64,000 nt of DNA. It comes from an uncultured bacterium. GTDB taxonomy: Bacteria > Krumholzibacteriota > Krumholzibacteriia > LZORAL124-64-63. Every line of letters starts with the position of its first letter. Positions within the stretch are counted from its first letter, which is position 1. The notes under the pieces are model-generated. The model did no database searches. It was not told the DNA's origin and saw nothing but the letters and a program-made list of their open reading frames with translations. Below, piece after piece: positions 9,420-17,907 of this stretch. The stretch covers positions 21,269 to 85,268 of the forward strand of contig CAIWHK010000049.1 in NCBI GenBank assembly GCA_903912525.1. The letters run 5' to 3'. Position numbers and translations under genes: made by a program.

Positions 9420-10166
9420 CTACCTGAACTCGGCCTTGAGGGCGCCCCAGGTCTGCGACTCGGTCGGCACCACGGTCTGCACGGTCTCGAGCTCGTACTG
9501 CATGTTGCTGTAGGTCTGGCCGGTGATCAGGTACCAGCCCGCGGCGGCCGCGACGTTGCTCATGTAGAAGCTGGCATTGGTCGAACCGACCGCCGGGGCA
9601 TTCGCATAGCTGATCACGGTGCCCATGCGGGTTGCGCCGACCACGTTGCTCAGCTGCTGCGTGACGAGGATGTCGCCCGAGGGCATGCCGATCGTGGTGA
9701 CGCCATCGATGCCCGTCATGGTGTAGATCGAGTACGAGCCCTTGGGCAGCGCACCCAGCGTGGCCGAGAACCCGCCGATGTAGGCGCCGGCGTTGGCGAG
9801 GTCGTAGAAGCGGATGGTCTCGGTGGCCGACGTCAGGGCCGCCACGGACGTGCCGGAGCAGAACACCGCGAACTTCATCGCGCTGACGTTCTCGCCGAAG
9901 CCGGCGGCGAGCAGGAGCTCATCGCCGTAGACCGCGGCCAGGTCGGTGGACGACGTGCCGGCGCTGACGGCCTGGTTGGTCGAGTCGTAGGCGATGGACG
10001 TGGCCGCCGAACTGGTGTGGCCAACGGTCGGGGTCAGGCGGACGGTCGTCCCCTCCTGCACGCCGAGCACGGGCTCCCCGATCTCAGTGGCAACGGCGGC
10101 GCCGGCCAGCAGGCCGATAGCCAGGGTCGCGATCGCCAGACGGGAAACGATAGCATTCTTCTTCAT
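9420..10166 (-). CDS. Secreted protein with C-terminal 'VPTESQTWGALKAEFR' tail
   Basis: AGGAG RBS, signal peptide MKKNAIVSRLAIATLAIGLLAGAAVA, and a beta-rich Ser/Thr/Gly body. Confidence 0.8.
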   Translation of the reverse strand: MKKNAIVSRLAIATLAIGLLAGAAVATEIGEPVLGVQEGTTVRLTPTVGHTSSAATSIAYDSTNQAVSAGTSSTDLAAVYGDELLLAAGFGENVSAMKFAVFCSGTSVAALTSATETIRFYDLANAGAYIGGFSATLGALPKGSYSIYTMTGIDGVTTIGMPSGDILVTQQLSNVVGATRMGTVISYANAPAVGSTNASFYMSNVAAAAGWYLITGQTYSNMQYELETVQTVVPTESQTWGALKAEFR

Positions 10167-10289
10167 GTGCAGCACTCCTGATGGTGTTTGCGTGAAAGGC
10201 ATTTCCTGTCGCACGTGGCCGTAATGGGAGTAGGTGGAGGGGTATGTATCCCCATTCCGCGCCCCACGGGTACGGCGATTCAGATCCTG

Positions 10290-10319
10290 ACTATAAGGCA
10301 AATCCTGCCCTGAAGGCAA
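10290..10319 (-). promoter_or_regulatory. Putative sigma70 promoter
   Basis: TTGCCT-N18-TATAGT on the minus strand in an AT-rich intergenic region. Confidence 0.4.
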
Positions 10320-10366
10320 TAAAAATCACCTTCTTTGTCTGAGGTAGATATGGATTGTCCGGCAAC

Positions 10367-10384
10367 GACTTGCGCCGGCGCAGC
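10367..10384. repeat. Intergenic palindrome, copy 4 (1 mismatch)
   Basis: GACTTGCGCCGGCGCAGC. Confidence 0.7.
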
Positions 10385-10396
10385 TCCGAACGGGAA

Positions 10397-10420
10397 GGGA
10401 CGCCGGATCCCCGGCGTCCC
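10397..10420 (-). terminator. Hairpin terminator after HesB-like selenoprotein
   Basis: GGGACGCCGG-ATCC-CCGGCGTCCC, a 10-bp stem ~27 nt past the stop. Confidence 0.6.
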
Positions 10421-10446
10421 CATACGCATACACCATCACGCGTCGG

Positions 10447-10791
10447 TCAGCCGCACCCGCTGCAACCGCCACTGGAGCAGTCGGCGCCGGGCTTGCCGAG
10501 CTTCAGCATGTAGCCGCGGCGGTGGTTTTCGTCGATGAAGTCGATGGTCAGGCCGCCGCTTTGCTGCACGATCTCGCGCGTCTGGGCGTCCAGCATGAAT
10601 TTGATCCCGTTCGATTCGACGACCGCGTCGTCACCTGCAAGCTCATCCAGAGCCATGCCGATACTGGGGCCGCCTCAGCCAAAGCCCTGCACGAACAGTC
10701 GCACGCCTTTGCCGGCGTGTTCGGTCCAGTTGAACGTGCCGAAGGCCTCGTTCGCGCTGGCCGAGACGTTGATGAGTTCCTGATCGCTCAC
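10447..10791 (-). CDS. HesB/IscA-like selenoprotein (Sec39 encoded by in-frame UGA at 10677-10675), 114 aa
   Basis: Manual translation from GTG 10791: MSDQELINVSASANEAFGTFNWTEHAGKGVRLFVQGFG-U-GGPSIGMALDE...CSSGGCSGCG. The TGA aligns with Cys in the adjacent paralog (QGMG-C-SGPSIGMALDE), with homology on both sides of the TGA. Confidence 0.88.
10637..10658 (-). promoter_or_regulatory. Putative bacterial SECIS element
   Basis: mRNA GCA-U-GGCUC-UGGAU-GAGCU-UGC: an 8-bp stem with bulged U and GG-containing loop, starting 16 nt after the UGA. Absent from the Cys paralog. Confidence 0.7.
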
Positions 10792-11017
10792 GTCAGGTGT
10801 CCTTTCGGAGGCGATGGGCCCGCCGGGCAACATCGCGTTCAGGCGGGGCCCGTGTCCCCGCGGCCATTACCCCGCAAATGTGGCCGACGGCGGCCGGTCG
10901 CGCCACCCCGGGTTATCGGCAGCCGCCGGGATTCCTGAACGACAAGGCCCGGGGCGCAAGGGGCACTCCGGGCCTTGGAACAGTCGATCGGGGCGGTTTC
11001 CCGCCCCCGGGGCCGGC

Positions 11018-11368
11018 TCAGCCGCAGCCGCTGCAGCCGCCGGTCTTGCAGTCGCCGGGCTTGCCGAGGGTCAGCAGGTAACCGCGGCGCTCTTCCTCTT
11101 CGATGAAATCCACGCTCAGGCCGCCGCCCTGGCGCAGGATCTCCTGCGTCTGGGCGTCGATCATGAAGCGGACACCCGCCTGCTCGACCACTTCGTCATC
11201 GGCCGTCGCCTCGTCGAGCGCCATGCCGATGCTCGGGCCGCTGCAGCCCATGCCCTGGACGAACAGGCGCACGCCCTTGCCCTCGTGGGCCGACCAGTCG
11301 AAGCCGCCGAAGGCGCGGCCGGCGTTGTCCGTAATCGTCAGCAAAGCCGTCTTTTCCAGGTTTTCCAC
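11018..11368 (-). CDS. HesB/IscA-like protein, Cys-containing paralog, 116 aa
   Basis: AAAGGA RBS plus GTG; 'LTITDNA...VRLFVQGMGCSGPSIGMALDE...CKTGGCSGCG'. Confidence 0.85.
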   Translation of the reverse strand: MENLEKTALLTITDNAGRAFGGFDWSAHEGKGVRLFVQGMGCSGPSIGMALDEATADDEVVEQAGVRFMIDAQTQEILRQGGGLSVDFIEEEERRGYLLTLGKPGDCKTGGCSGCG

Positions 11369-11489
11369 GGTCCCGGGTCCTTTCGGGTTTCGCACGACCG
11401 GCGGGCCGGGCCGGTGCCGGCGCGGGCCGGGTGGGCGCGCGCAGGCGGCCAATATCGCCCGGGAGGCCCGTTTCCGCCAATCAGGACTG

Positions 11490-12341
11490 TTAGTGTCCCC
11501 GCTTGTCGCTGCGGCCGTCGCCCTCGCCCGGCGGGTCATCCGGGTGGCTGCCGGGCTGCTCGCGACGGTAGACCATGGTCATGGCCAGGTCGCCCTCCTT
11601 GCCCGGCATGTGGCGGACCTCGCGCACGGTCAGGACCTGCTTGTCGGCGCTCAGCATGAACTGGCGGGTGCGCATGACGCGGCCGTCGGGATTGCGCTCG
11701 GTCACCACCATCGCCTCGCCTTCCCAGACGGCGGCGGCCTTCATCGAACCGCGGGGGGTGAAGACCTCGGTCGGCTGGCCGCCCACCTTCAGCACGCGCG
11801 AGATCTGCATGCCGTCGGTCAGGTCGAACTCGTCGCCGTCGTGGAAGATCTCCAGGCGCCCGAACTCGCGGCCGGCCTTCCGGCCCTCGGCTTCCTGGCG
11901 TTCCTTTTCGGGTCGGTCCGAGCCGTCGAAGCCTTCGCCGGGCATCGTACCCTGGTTCGGGTCGATGGCCGGTCCGCGCGGGCGTCCGCCGCGTCCACCC
12001 ATGGCGCCGCCGCCGGGGCCGCGCCCGCCGGGCATGTCGTTGAGCTTGGCCGGGTCGTCGCTGGCCCTGGGGTCGATGCGCCAGGCGCCCGAGAAATTCG
12101 CGCGCGGCCGGCTCGCGGGCGTGGCCACGCCGGCCGTGGGCGCGCCGCTGCCGGCGACGCCGCCGGAAGCCACCGGGGCCGCGGGACCCGCCGAAGTCGC
12201 CGGGTTGGCCGGGGTGACGGGAGTCGGGGGCGTCGGCCGGGGCGCGGCGGCCCCGTCCTGGGCGAAGGCGGCCGCAGTCGTCAGCAGCAGGGCCAGGCCC
12301 AGCGGCAGGGCCGCGCGGCGCAGCAGGGAAGAGGTCGACAT
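11490..12341 (-). CDS. Secreted hypothetical protein (lipocalin-like beta-barrel with Pro/Gly-rich linkers)
   Basis: GGAGG RBS, signal peptide ending AAFA-Q, 'NFSGAW' strand start, 'LSADKQVLTV...TMVYRR'. Confidence 0.65.
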   Translation of the reverse strand: MSTSSLLRRAALPLGLALLLTTAAAFAQDGAAAPRPTPPTPVTPANPATSAGPAAPVASGGVAGSGAPTAGVATPASRPRANFSGAWRIDPRASDDPAKLNDMPGGRGPGGGAMGGRGGRPRGPAIDPNQGTMPGEGFDGSDRPEKERQEAEGRKAGREFGRLEIFHDGDEFDLTDGMQISRVLKVGGQPTEVFTPRGSMKAAAVWEGEAMVVTERNPDGRVMRTRQFMLSADKQVLTVREVRHMPGKEGDLAMTMVYRREQPGSHPDDPPGEGDGRSDKRGH

Positions 12342-12385
12342 CGCATCCTCCGGGTCGCGTGGAAGGCGGACGGGTGGCGGCCATC

Positions 12386-12401
12386 GCCAAAGGAGTGCCA
12401 A
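12386..12401 (-). promoter_or_regulatory. Possible sigma54 (-24/-12) promoter
   Basis: TTGGCAC-TCCTT-TGGC with correct GG-N10-GC spacing and one mismatch to TTGC, ~45 nt upstream of ATG 12341. Confidence 0.4.
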
Positions 12402-12511
12402 CGCCCGCGGGCGCGTGGCGGTTCCCGGCGCCCGCATGATATGATGCCCCTACAACGCGGGACGGGCAAGCAACCAGCGATCGACAAGACGACCCCCAAC
12501 GGAGAGACGCG

Positions 12512-13198
12512 ATGCCGACCACCTACTTCCAGGCCGACCTGTTCACGTTCCTGCGCGAACTTGCGGCGAACAACGACCGCGCCTGGTTCGAGGAGAACCG
12601 CGACCGTTACCAGGAATCGGTGCGCGAACCCGCGCTGCGGTTCATCGTCGACTTCGGCGAGCACCTCGCGCGCATCAGCCCGCACTTCCGCGCCGACCCG
12701 CGGCCGCAGGGCGGCTCGCTGTTCCGCATCAACCGTGACATCCGCTTCTCGCACGACAAGTCGCCCTACAAGACGCACATCGGGTTGCACTTCCGGCACG
12801 CCGCCGGCAAGGATGCGCACACGCCGGGCTTCTACCTGCACCTCGAGCCGCGCGCATCGTTCGTGGGCGTGGGGTTGTGGCACCCGGACACGCCGACGTT
12901 GGCGAAGCTGCGCACGGCCGTCGTCGCCGATCCCGCCGCGTGGAAGAAGGCCGTCGGCGGCAAGCGCTTCACGACCGCGTTCACGGTGTCGGGCGACGAA
13001 CTGGTGCGCGTGCCGCGCGGCTACGATGCGAACCATCCGCTGGCCGACGTGCTGCGCCTGAAGGACTACACCGCGTTTGCGCCGGTGACGGCGAAACAGG
13101 TGACCGGGCCGGCGTTCCTGGGCGAGTTCGCGACGCTGTGCGCCGACGCGGCGTCGTTCATGGCCTGGCAGTGCCGGGCGCTGGACATCCCGTTCTAG
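12512..13198 (+). CDS. DUF2461 / TIGR02453 family protein
   Basis: 'FLRELAANNDRAWF' and 'FRINRDIRFSHDKSPYKTH' signatures. Confidence 0.9.
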   Translation: MPTTYFQADLFTFLRELAANNDRAWFEENRDRYQESVREPALRFIVDFGEHLARISPHFRADPRPQGGSLFRINRDIRFSHDKSPYKTHIGLHFRHAAGKDAHTPGFYLHLEPRASFVGVGLWHPDTPTLAKLRTAVVADPAAWKKAVGGKRFTTAFTVSGDELVRVPRGYDANHPLADVLRLKDYTAFAPVTAKQVTGPAFLGEFATLCADAASFMAWQCRALDIPF

Positions 13199-13218
13199 GA
13201 ACCTTCCCCGATATGCAG

Positions 13219-13255
13219 AAACCTCCCCGCCGGCCGAAGCCGACGGGGAGGTTTT
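13219..13255. terminator. Bidirectional intrinsic terminator
   Basis: AAACCTCCCCG...CGGGGAGGTTTT between convergent genes. Confidence 0.75.
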
Positions 13256-13301
13256 GCGCTCAGGAGTCCGGACCCGGGCAGGGCCCGGAATCGTCCGATC
13301 C

Positions 13302-15293
13302 TTACTTCACCAGCTGCATCGAACGGACCTGCATGACTTCCTTGCCGATGCGCAGGCGGGCGAAGTAACTGCCGCTCGCCACGCTCTTGCCGGCGTCATC
13401 AGTGCCGTTCCAGCTCACGTCGTACGTGTTCGCGGGCAGGCTGTCCTGGATCAGGGTCCGGACCTTCTCGCCGCGGATGTTGTACACGTTCAGCTGGACC
13501 AGGTTGTTCTTGGTCACGACGAACTTGATGCTCGTCTGCGGGTTGAACGGGTTCGGGCTGATCGACTTGAAGCCGCCCAGCTTCTCGATCGTCGGGATGT
13601 CGTTGCCGACGCCCGACGGGCCGTTCACCAGCGCGATGAACGAGTCATCGGCCGGCCGCAGCTTGAAGTTGCCGAACTCGTAGTCGACGAACGAATTGAC
13701 GGTGATCCAGTTGCCCGGGTGCGGCGTGTAGGCCAGCACGGGGTACGGATCCACGAACACGGTGTCGGCCAGGGCCGCGGTGTCGGAGATCTGGAACTCG
13801 TGGTACTGGGCCAGACCGGCGGTGTCCATGACCGCGGCGTTGTACGTCTGCACCCAGACGCTCTCCCAGGCCTCGCCCAGGGCGCCGTTGCCGTCCGACG
13901 ACGTCATGTCGTCGTTCAGCACGCGCGTGTGGACGCGGGCCGGGACCGGCAGGGCCTGGCCGAAGCTGACCAGGTTGACGGCCTCGGCGTTGTGGGGCAG
14001 CATCTCGGTCAGGCCGAAGTACTCGCCGCCCTTGCCGCCGATCTCGACGACGTCACCCTGGTAGTACGGGTACTTGCCCGAGCCTTCGTACACCAGCACG
14101 CCGCCGAAGGCGTAGCTGCTGGTGGCCGGGTTCACGGCGAGCTCCTGCACAACAAACTTGCTGGCGGCGTTGGTCGCGGCGCCCGTGCCCGCGGTGACGA
14201 CACCCTTGATGTTCAGGAACTTGTTGTTGAACGCGTTCGACTGCGAGGTGCTGTCGGGGTGCGCGTACTGCATCGCATAGATCGACTGGAAGCCGACCGC
14301 GAAGGTGAAGAACGACGTCGGCGCGTTGCCGGGGTTCTTCACGGTCTGCGCGCCGGTGTCCGTCGTCTGGATGTAGAAGTCGACCTGGCTCGCCGAATGG
14401 GCGCCCGGGACCGTGGCCGAATAGGTGCTGCCAGCAGCCGACATGGACAGCTGGTTCCAGCCGCCCGGCGTCACGCCGTCGCTGTTCCGGTAGAACAGGT
14501 AGGCCGACGTGATGCCGGCGTTGTCGACGATGTTGGCCGACACGGTGACGGCCGTCGTGGACAGCGGGCACCAGTTGTTGCAGTTGACCGCCGTGATCAC
14601 GGGAGCGGTGTCGCCGCCCGGGTTCTCGATGAGGTCGGTCTGCAGCACGGGCTTGATCTCGATCTGCGTGTTGAACGTCACGACCGGGCCCGAGAACTGG
14701 AAGAGGTCGCCGACGGCCACGTTGCCGACGTCGATCTGGCAGTCCTTGTCGCAGTAGACCAGGATGGAGTCCGTCAGGGACGTGGGCGCCCCGGTCTTGA
14801 CCCAGATGTTCGCCGAGACCAGGGGCGGCGTGCCCGAGGTCGTCTTGCGGGCGACGGTGCCGACGATGGCGCCGTAGTGGCCCACGTTCTCGTAGGACGA
14901 CATCGTCTGGGCGATGGTCTTGAGCTCGGGGGTCAGCGGATGCGGGCCGGCCGAGATCAGGGTGTAGTTGGTGACGTTGATCTGGATCTCGCCGCTGAAC
15001 GAAGCGACCAAACCGGTCACGGAGACTTCGTCGCCGATCGCGACCGCGTCGCCGGTGCCGCCGAACAGCGAGATGCCGGGGCCGCCGACGCCGATCAGGT
15101 AGCCGGAGCCGGTGCTGTACTTGTGGTACTCGAGCAGGGTGCCCGAGACCGTGACGGTCTGGCCCATGTACGGGGTAGCCGGGACGCCGGCCACCGTGTA
15201 GACCTGGATCTCATCGATGGTCACGGCAAAGGCGAAGCTGCTCGCCAGGGCCATGATCATCAGGATTGCCACGCCAAAAAGATGCTTTTTCAT
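13302..15293 (-). CDS. Secreted protein with repeated OB-fold-like modules and FlgD-Ig C-terminal domain
   Basis: Signal peptide; 'TIDEIQ...TPYMGQTVTVSG', 'GDEVSVTGLVASFSGEIQI', 'GDVVEIGG...EYFGLTEM' (YhcR/ExeM-like OB repeats); tail 'SPNPFNPQTSIKF...SVASGSYFARL'. Confidence 0.75.
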   Translation of the reverse strand: MKKHLFGVAILMIMALASSFAFAVTIDEIQVYTVAGVPATPYMGQTVTVSGTLLEYHKYSTGSGYLIGVGGPGISLFGGTGDAVAIGDEVSVTGLVASFSGEIQINVTNYTLISAGPHPLTPELKTIAQTMSSYENVGHYGAIVGTVARKTTSGTPPLVSANIWVKTGAPTSLTDSILVYCDKDCQIDVGNVAVGDLFQFSGPVVTFNTQIEIKPVLQTDLIENPGGDTAPVITAVNCNNWCPLSTTAVTVSANIVDNAGITSAYLFYRNSDGVTPGGWNQLSMSAAGSTYSATVPGAHSASQVDFYIQTTDTGAQTVKNPGNAPTSFFTFAVGFQSIYAMQYAHPDSTSQSNAFNNKFLNIKGVVTAGTGAATNAASKFVVQELAVNPATSSYAFGGVLVYEGSGKYPYYQGDVVEIGGKGGEYFGLTEMLPHNAEAVNLVSFGQALPVPARVHTRVLNDDMTSSDGNGALGEAWESVWVQTYNAAVMDTAGLAQYHEFQISDTAALADTVFVDPYPVLAYTPHPGNWITVNSFVDYEFGNFKLRPADDSFIALVNGPSGVGNDIPTIEKLGGFKSISPNPFNPQTSIKFVVTKNNLVQLNVYNIRGEKVRTLIQDSLPANTYDVSWNGTDDAGKSVASGSYFARLRIGKEVMQVRSMQLVK

Positions 15294-15592
15294 CCTTCCG
15301 GCCTCCTTCGCGCAATGAAGGTGAACGTCTCTTCAGTCATTTCTGAGTAGTCTCGTCAAGTGCATGAACCAGAAGTGGAAAGGAAATCCTCCACGCAGTC
15401 GAACGATCGGGCCCGGGCCCGGGAACGCCTTCCCGAAGCACTGCGGTTACTCCCGCACCGTCCAGCCGCCCGAGACCAGGATACGTCCCCGCGGAATTGC
15501 GGGGTGGGCGATCCTGGACCGAGGCCGCAATCATACCATATTCCGCAGGGAATGCGAAAAAAGTTCTGCTAATTATATGTCAATTCGACAAA

Positions 15593-17203
15593 TTACAAGT
15601 CCGTGATCAAGAGCGAACGACCCGTCATTTCAACAGGTTGCGAAAGCCCCAGCAGTTCCAGGATGGTTGGGGCGATGTCGGCCAGACCCGCCTCTCCGGT
15701 CCGCAGGATTCCTGACCTGCCGGCGTACTGCCGACCGGCCAGGATGAAGGGTACCCGGCTGAGCGAATGCTGGGTCAGGACCTCGCCGTCGGGGCTGAGC
15801 ATTTCATCACAATTGCCGTGGTCGGCCGTCACCAGCCAGGTGGTGCCGCGGGCCAGGCTCGGGGGCATGATCTCGCCCAGGAGGCGATCCAGCGTACGGA
15901 ACGCGCTGACGGCCGCCTCGTAGATGCCGGTGTGCCCGACCATGTCGCCGTTGGCGAAGTTGACCACGATCAGGTCGAAGTCATTGCTCGCGCAGGCCTG
16001 GGCCACGACCGCCGCCACTTCGGGGGCGCTCATCTCGGGCTGCAGGTCATAGGTGGCGACCTTCGGTGACGGCACCAGGCGGCGGACCTCGCCCGGCCAG
16101 GGTTCCTCGCGGCCCCCGTTGAAGAAGTAGGTCACGTGGGCGTACTTCTCGGTCTCGGCGGTGCGCAGGTTGCGCAGGCCGGCGTTCGCCATGACCTCGG
16201 CCAGGCCGTTGCGCGGCGCCTCGGACGAGTACTGCGACGGCAGGTCCAGCTTCTCGTCGTAGGGGGTCATCGTCAGGTAGTGCACGCGGGGGCGCCGCGC
16301 GATGGGGAAGCCGTCGAAGCCGTCCTGCCTGAAGGCCCAGGTCAGCTCGCGGGCGCGGTCGGCCCGGAAATTCCAGAAGAAGATGCCATCGCCGTCCTGC
16401 ACCGTCGCCAGCGGGGCGCCGGCTTCGTCGGTGATGACGGTCGGGGCCATGAACTCGTCGGTGACGCCGGCCGCGTAGGAGTCGGCGACCGCCTGCACGG
16501 CGTCCTGGGCGCGCAGGCCCTTGTCGTCGATGACGCCGTCGACGATCAGGTTCCAGGCGCGCACGACGCGCTCCCACCGCTTGTCGCGATCCATCCCCCA
16601 GTAGCGTCCGCAGACGGTGGCGATGCGCCCGGCGCCGATGCGGTCCAGTTGCGCCTGCAGTTCCTCGAGGTAGCCGCGGCCGCTGCGGGGATCGGTGTCG
16701 CGCCCGTCCAGGAACGCGTGCACGAAGATCTCGCGGAAACCGGCCTTTTTCGCCTGTTCGATGATGCCGTAGAGGTGCTCGGTGTGCGAATGCACGCCGC
16801 CGGGCGAGACCAGGCCCAAGAGGTGCAGGCGGCCGGTGTCCTTGATGCAGGCGTCGGCGAAGTTCTTCCAGCCCGGGCGCGTGGCGAACTCGCCCTCGTC
16901 GAGGCTGCGGCTGATGCGCACCAGTTCCTGGTTGATGACGCGACCGGCGCCGATGGTCAGGTGCCCGACCTCGCTGTTGCCCATCTGCCCCTCGGGCAGG
17001 CCCACGTCCAGGCCGCAGGCGTTCAGCGTCGTGAACGGGTAGTCGCGCAGCAGCGATTCGTAGTAGGCGGGATGGGCGCCGATGACGGCGTTGCCGCGCT
17101 CGCGGTCGGGGTCGGTGCGGTAGCCCACGCCGTCGAGGATGCACAGGACGACCTTCGGGGCGCCCGGATCGGTGGTGTTGTCCAGCGGGTCAACGTGGGT
17201 CAT
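15593..17203 (-). CDS. gpmI: 2,3-bisphosphoglycerate-independent phosphoglycerate mutase
   Basis: 'ILDGVG', 'GQMGNSEVGH', 'LDGRDT', 'AETEKYAHVT', 'NGDMVGHTG', 'ADHGN'. Confidence 0.97.
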   Translation of the reverse strand: MTHVDPLDNTTDPGAPKVVLCILDGVGYRTDPDRERGNAVIGAHPAYYESLLRDYPFTTLNACGLDVGLPEGQMGNSEVGHLTIGAGRVINQELVRISRSLDEGEFATRPGWKNFADACIKDTGRLHLLGLVSPGGVHSHTEHLYGIIEQAKKAGFREIFVHAFLDGRDTDPRSGRGYLEELQAQLDRIGAGRIATVCGRYWGMDRDKRWERVVRAWNLIVDGVIDDKGLRAQDAVQAVADSYAAGVTDEFMAPTVITDEAGAPLATVQDGDGIFFWNFRADRARELTWAFRQDGFDGFPIARRPRVHYLTMTPYDEKLDLPSQYSSEAPRNGLAEVMANAGLRNLRTAETEKYAHVTYFFNGGREEPWPGEVRRLVPSPKVATYDLQPEMSAPEVAAVVAQACASNDFDLIVVNFANGDMVGHTGIYEAAVSAFRTLDRLLGEIMPPSLARGTTWLVTADHGNCDEMLSPDGEVLTQHSLSRVPFILAGRQYAGRSGILRTGEAGLADIAPTILELLGLSQPVEMTGRSLLITDL

Positions 17204-17218
17204 GCCATCTCCAGGTCT

Positions 17219-17587
17219 TCAGTCGGGGTCGAAACTGCCGGCGGGCACCTGCCACAGCTCGGTCTCGCCGAGCGCGGCCAGGATCATGTCGGCCAGGGGA
17301 TAGGTGTCCAGGTTCGGGTCGGGCGCGCCGTCGGGTCGCGTTTCGAGACCGGCCCCCGCCTGCAGGACCGCGCGCGTGATCTCGCGCCCGTCCGGCAGCA
17401 GCTGGGTCACGCGCAGGCGGCCGCGGCGGACCAGGTACACCGCCGGGACGGTGGCGTGCAGCAGCTGGTCCGGGGCCAGGGGCATCAGGCGCCGCACCTG
17501 GGCCAGCTTGCCGGCCAGGTCGGGCTGCCGCGAGAACAGGTGTTCGTCGCGCCGCAGGCTCAGCAGGGGGGCGGGTTCAGCGGGCAC
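17219..17587 (-). CDS. Stand-alone cyclic-nucleotide-binding (Crp-like effector) domain protein
   Basis: 'VYLVRRGRLRVTQLLPDGREITRAVLQAG...AALGETELWQVP' fits a cNMP beta-roll. The stop comes before any HTH. Confidence 0.65.
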   Translation of the reverse strand: MPAEPAPLLSLRRDEHLFSRQPDLAGKLAQVRRLMPLAPDQLLHATVPAVYLVRRGRLRVTQLLPDGREITRAVLQAGAGLETRPDGAPDPNLDTYPLADMILAALGETELWQVPAGSFDPD

Positions 17588-17907
17588 GGAAGGGTCTCCA
17601 CTCGCTTGCCGGGGTTCAGGTTGCGTCGATCACAGGATACGCCCGGCGGGGGCCGGCGCAAACCGGAATCGCCGGTCGGCGGGCCGTTCGGCCTGCCCCA
17701 CAATTTTGTTGTTGCGGACCTATATCGGACGAGGTTAGTATTAATTTCGCAATATTGATTTTCAATTTCGTGGTCAATGGGGCCCGGGGCGGGCCGGATT
17801 GACGGGCGAAAACGGGCTCCCTGCGGGCGGCCCATGACGGGGACCGAGGGCGGACGCCAACGGCGCCGCGGGAGCAGGGGCGGGACGTGAAGGGTGGGGC
17901 CGGAGGC

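Noticed and set aside
17754-17766. FNR box upstream of the cox operon
   Set aside because: The dyad spacing does not fit TTGAT-N4-ATCAA. Kept only as an unassigned dyad.
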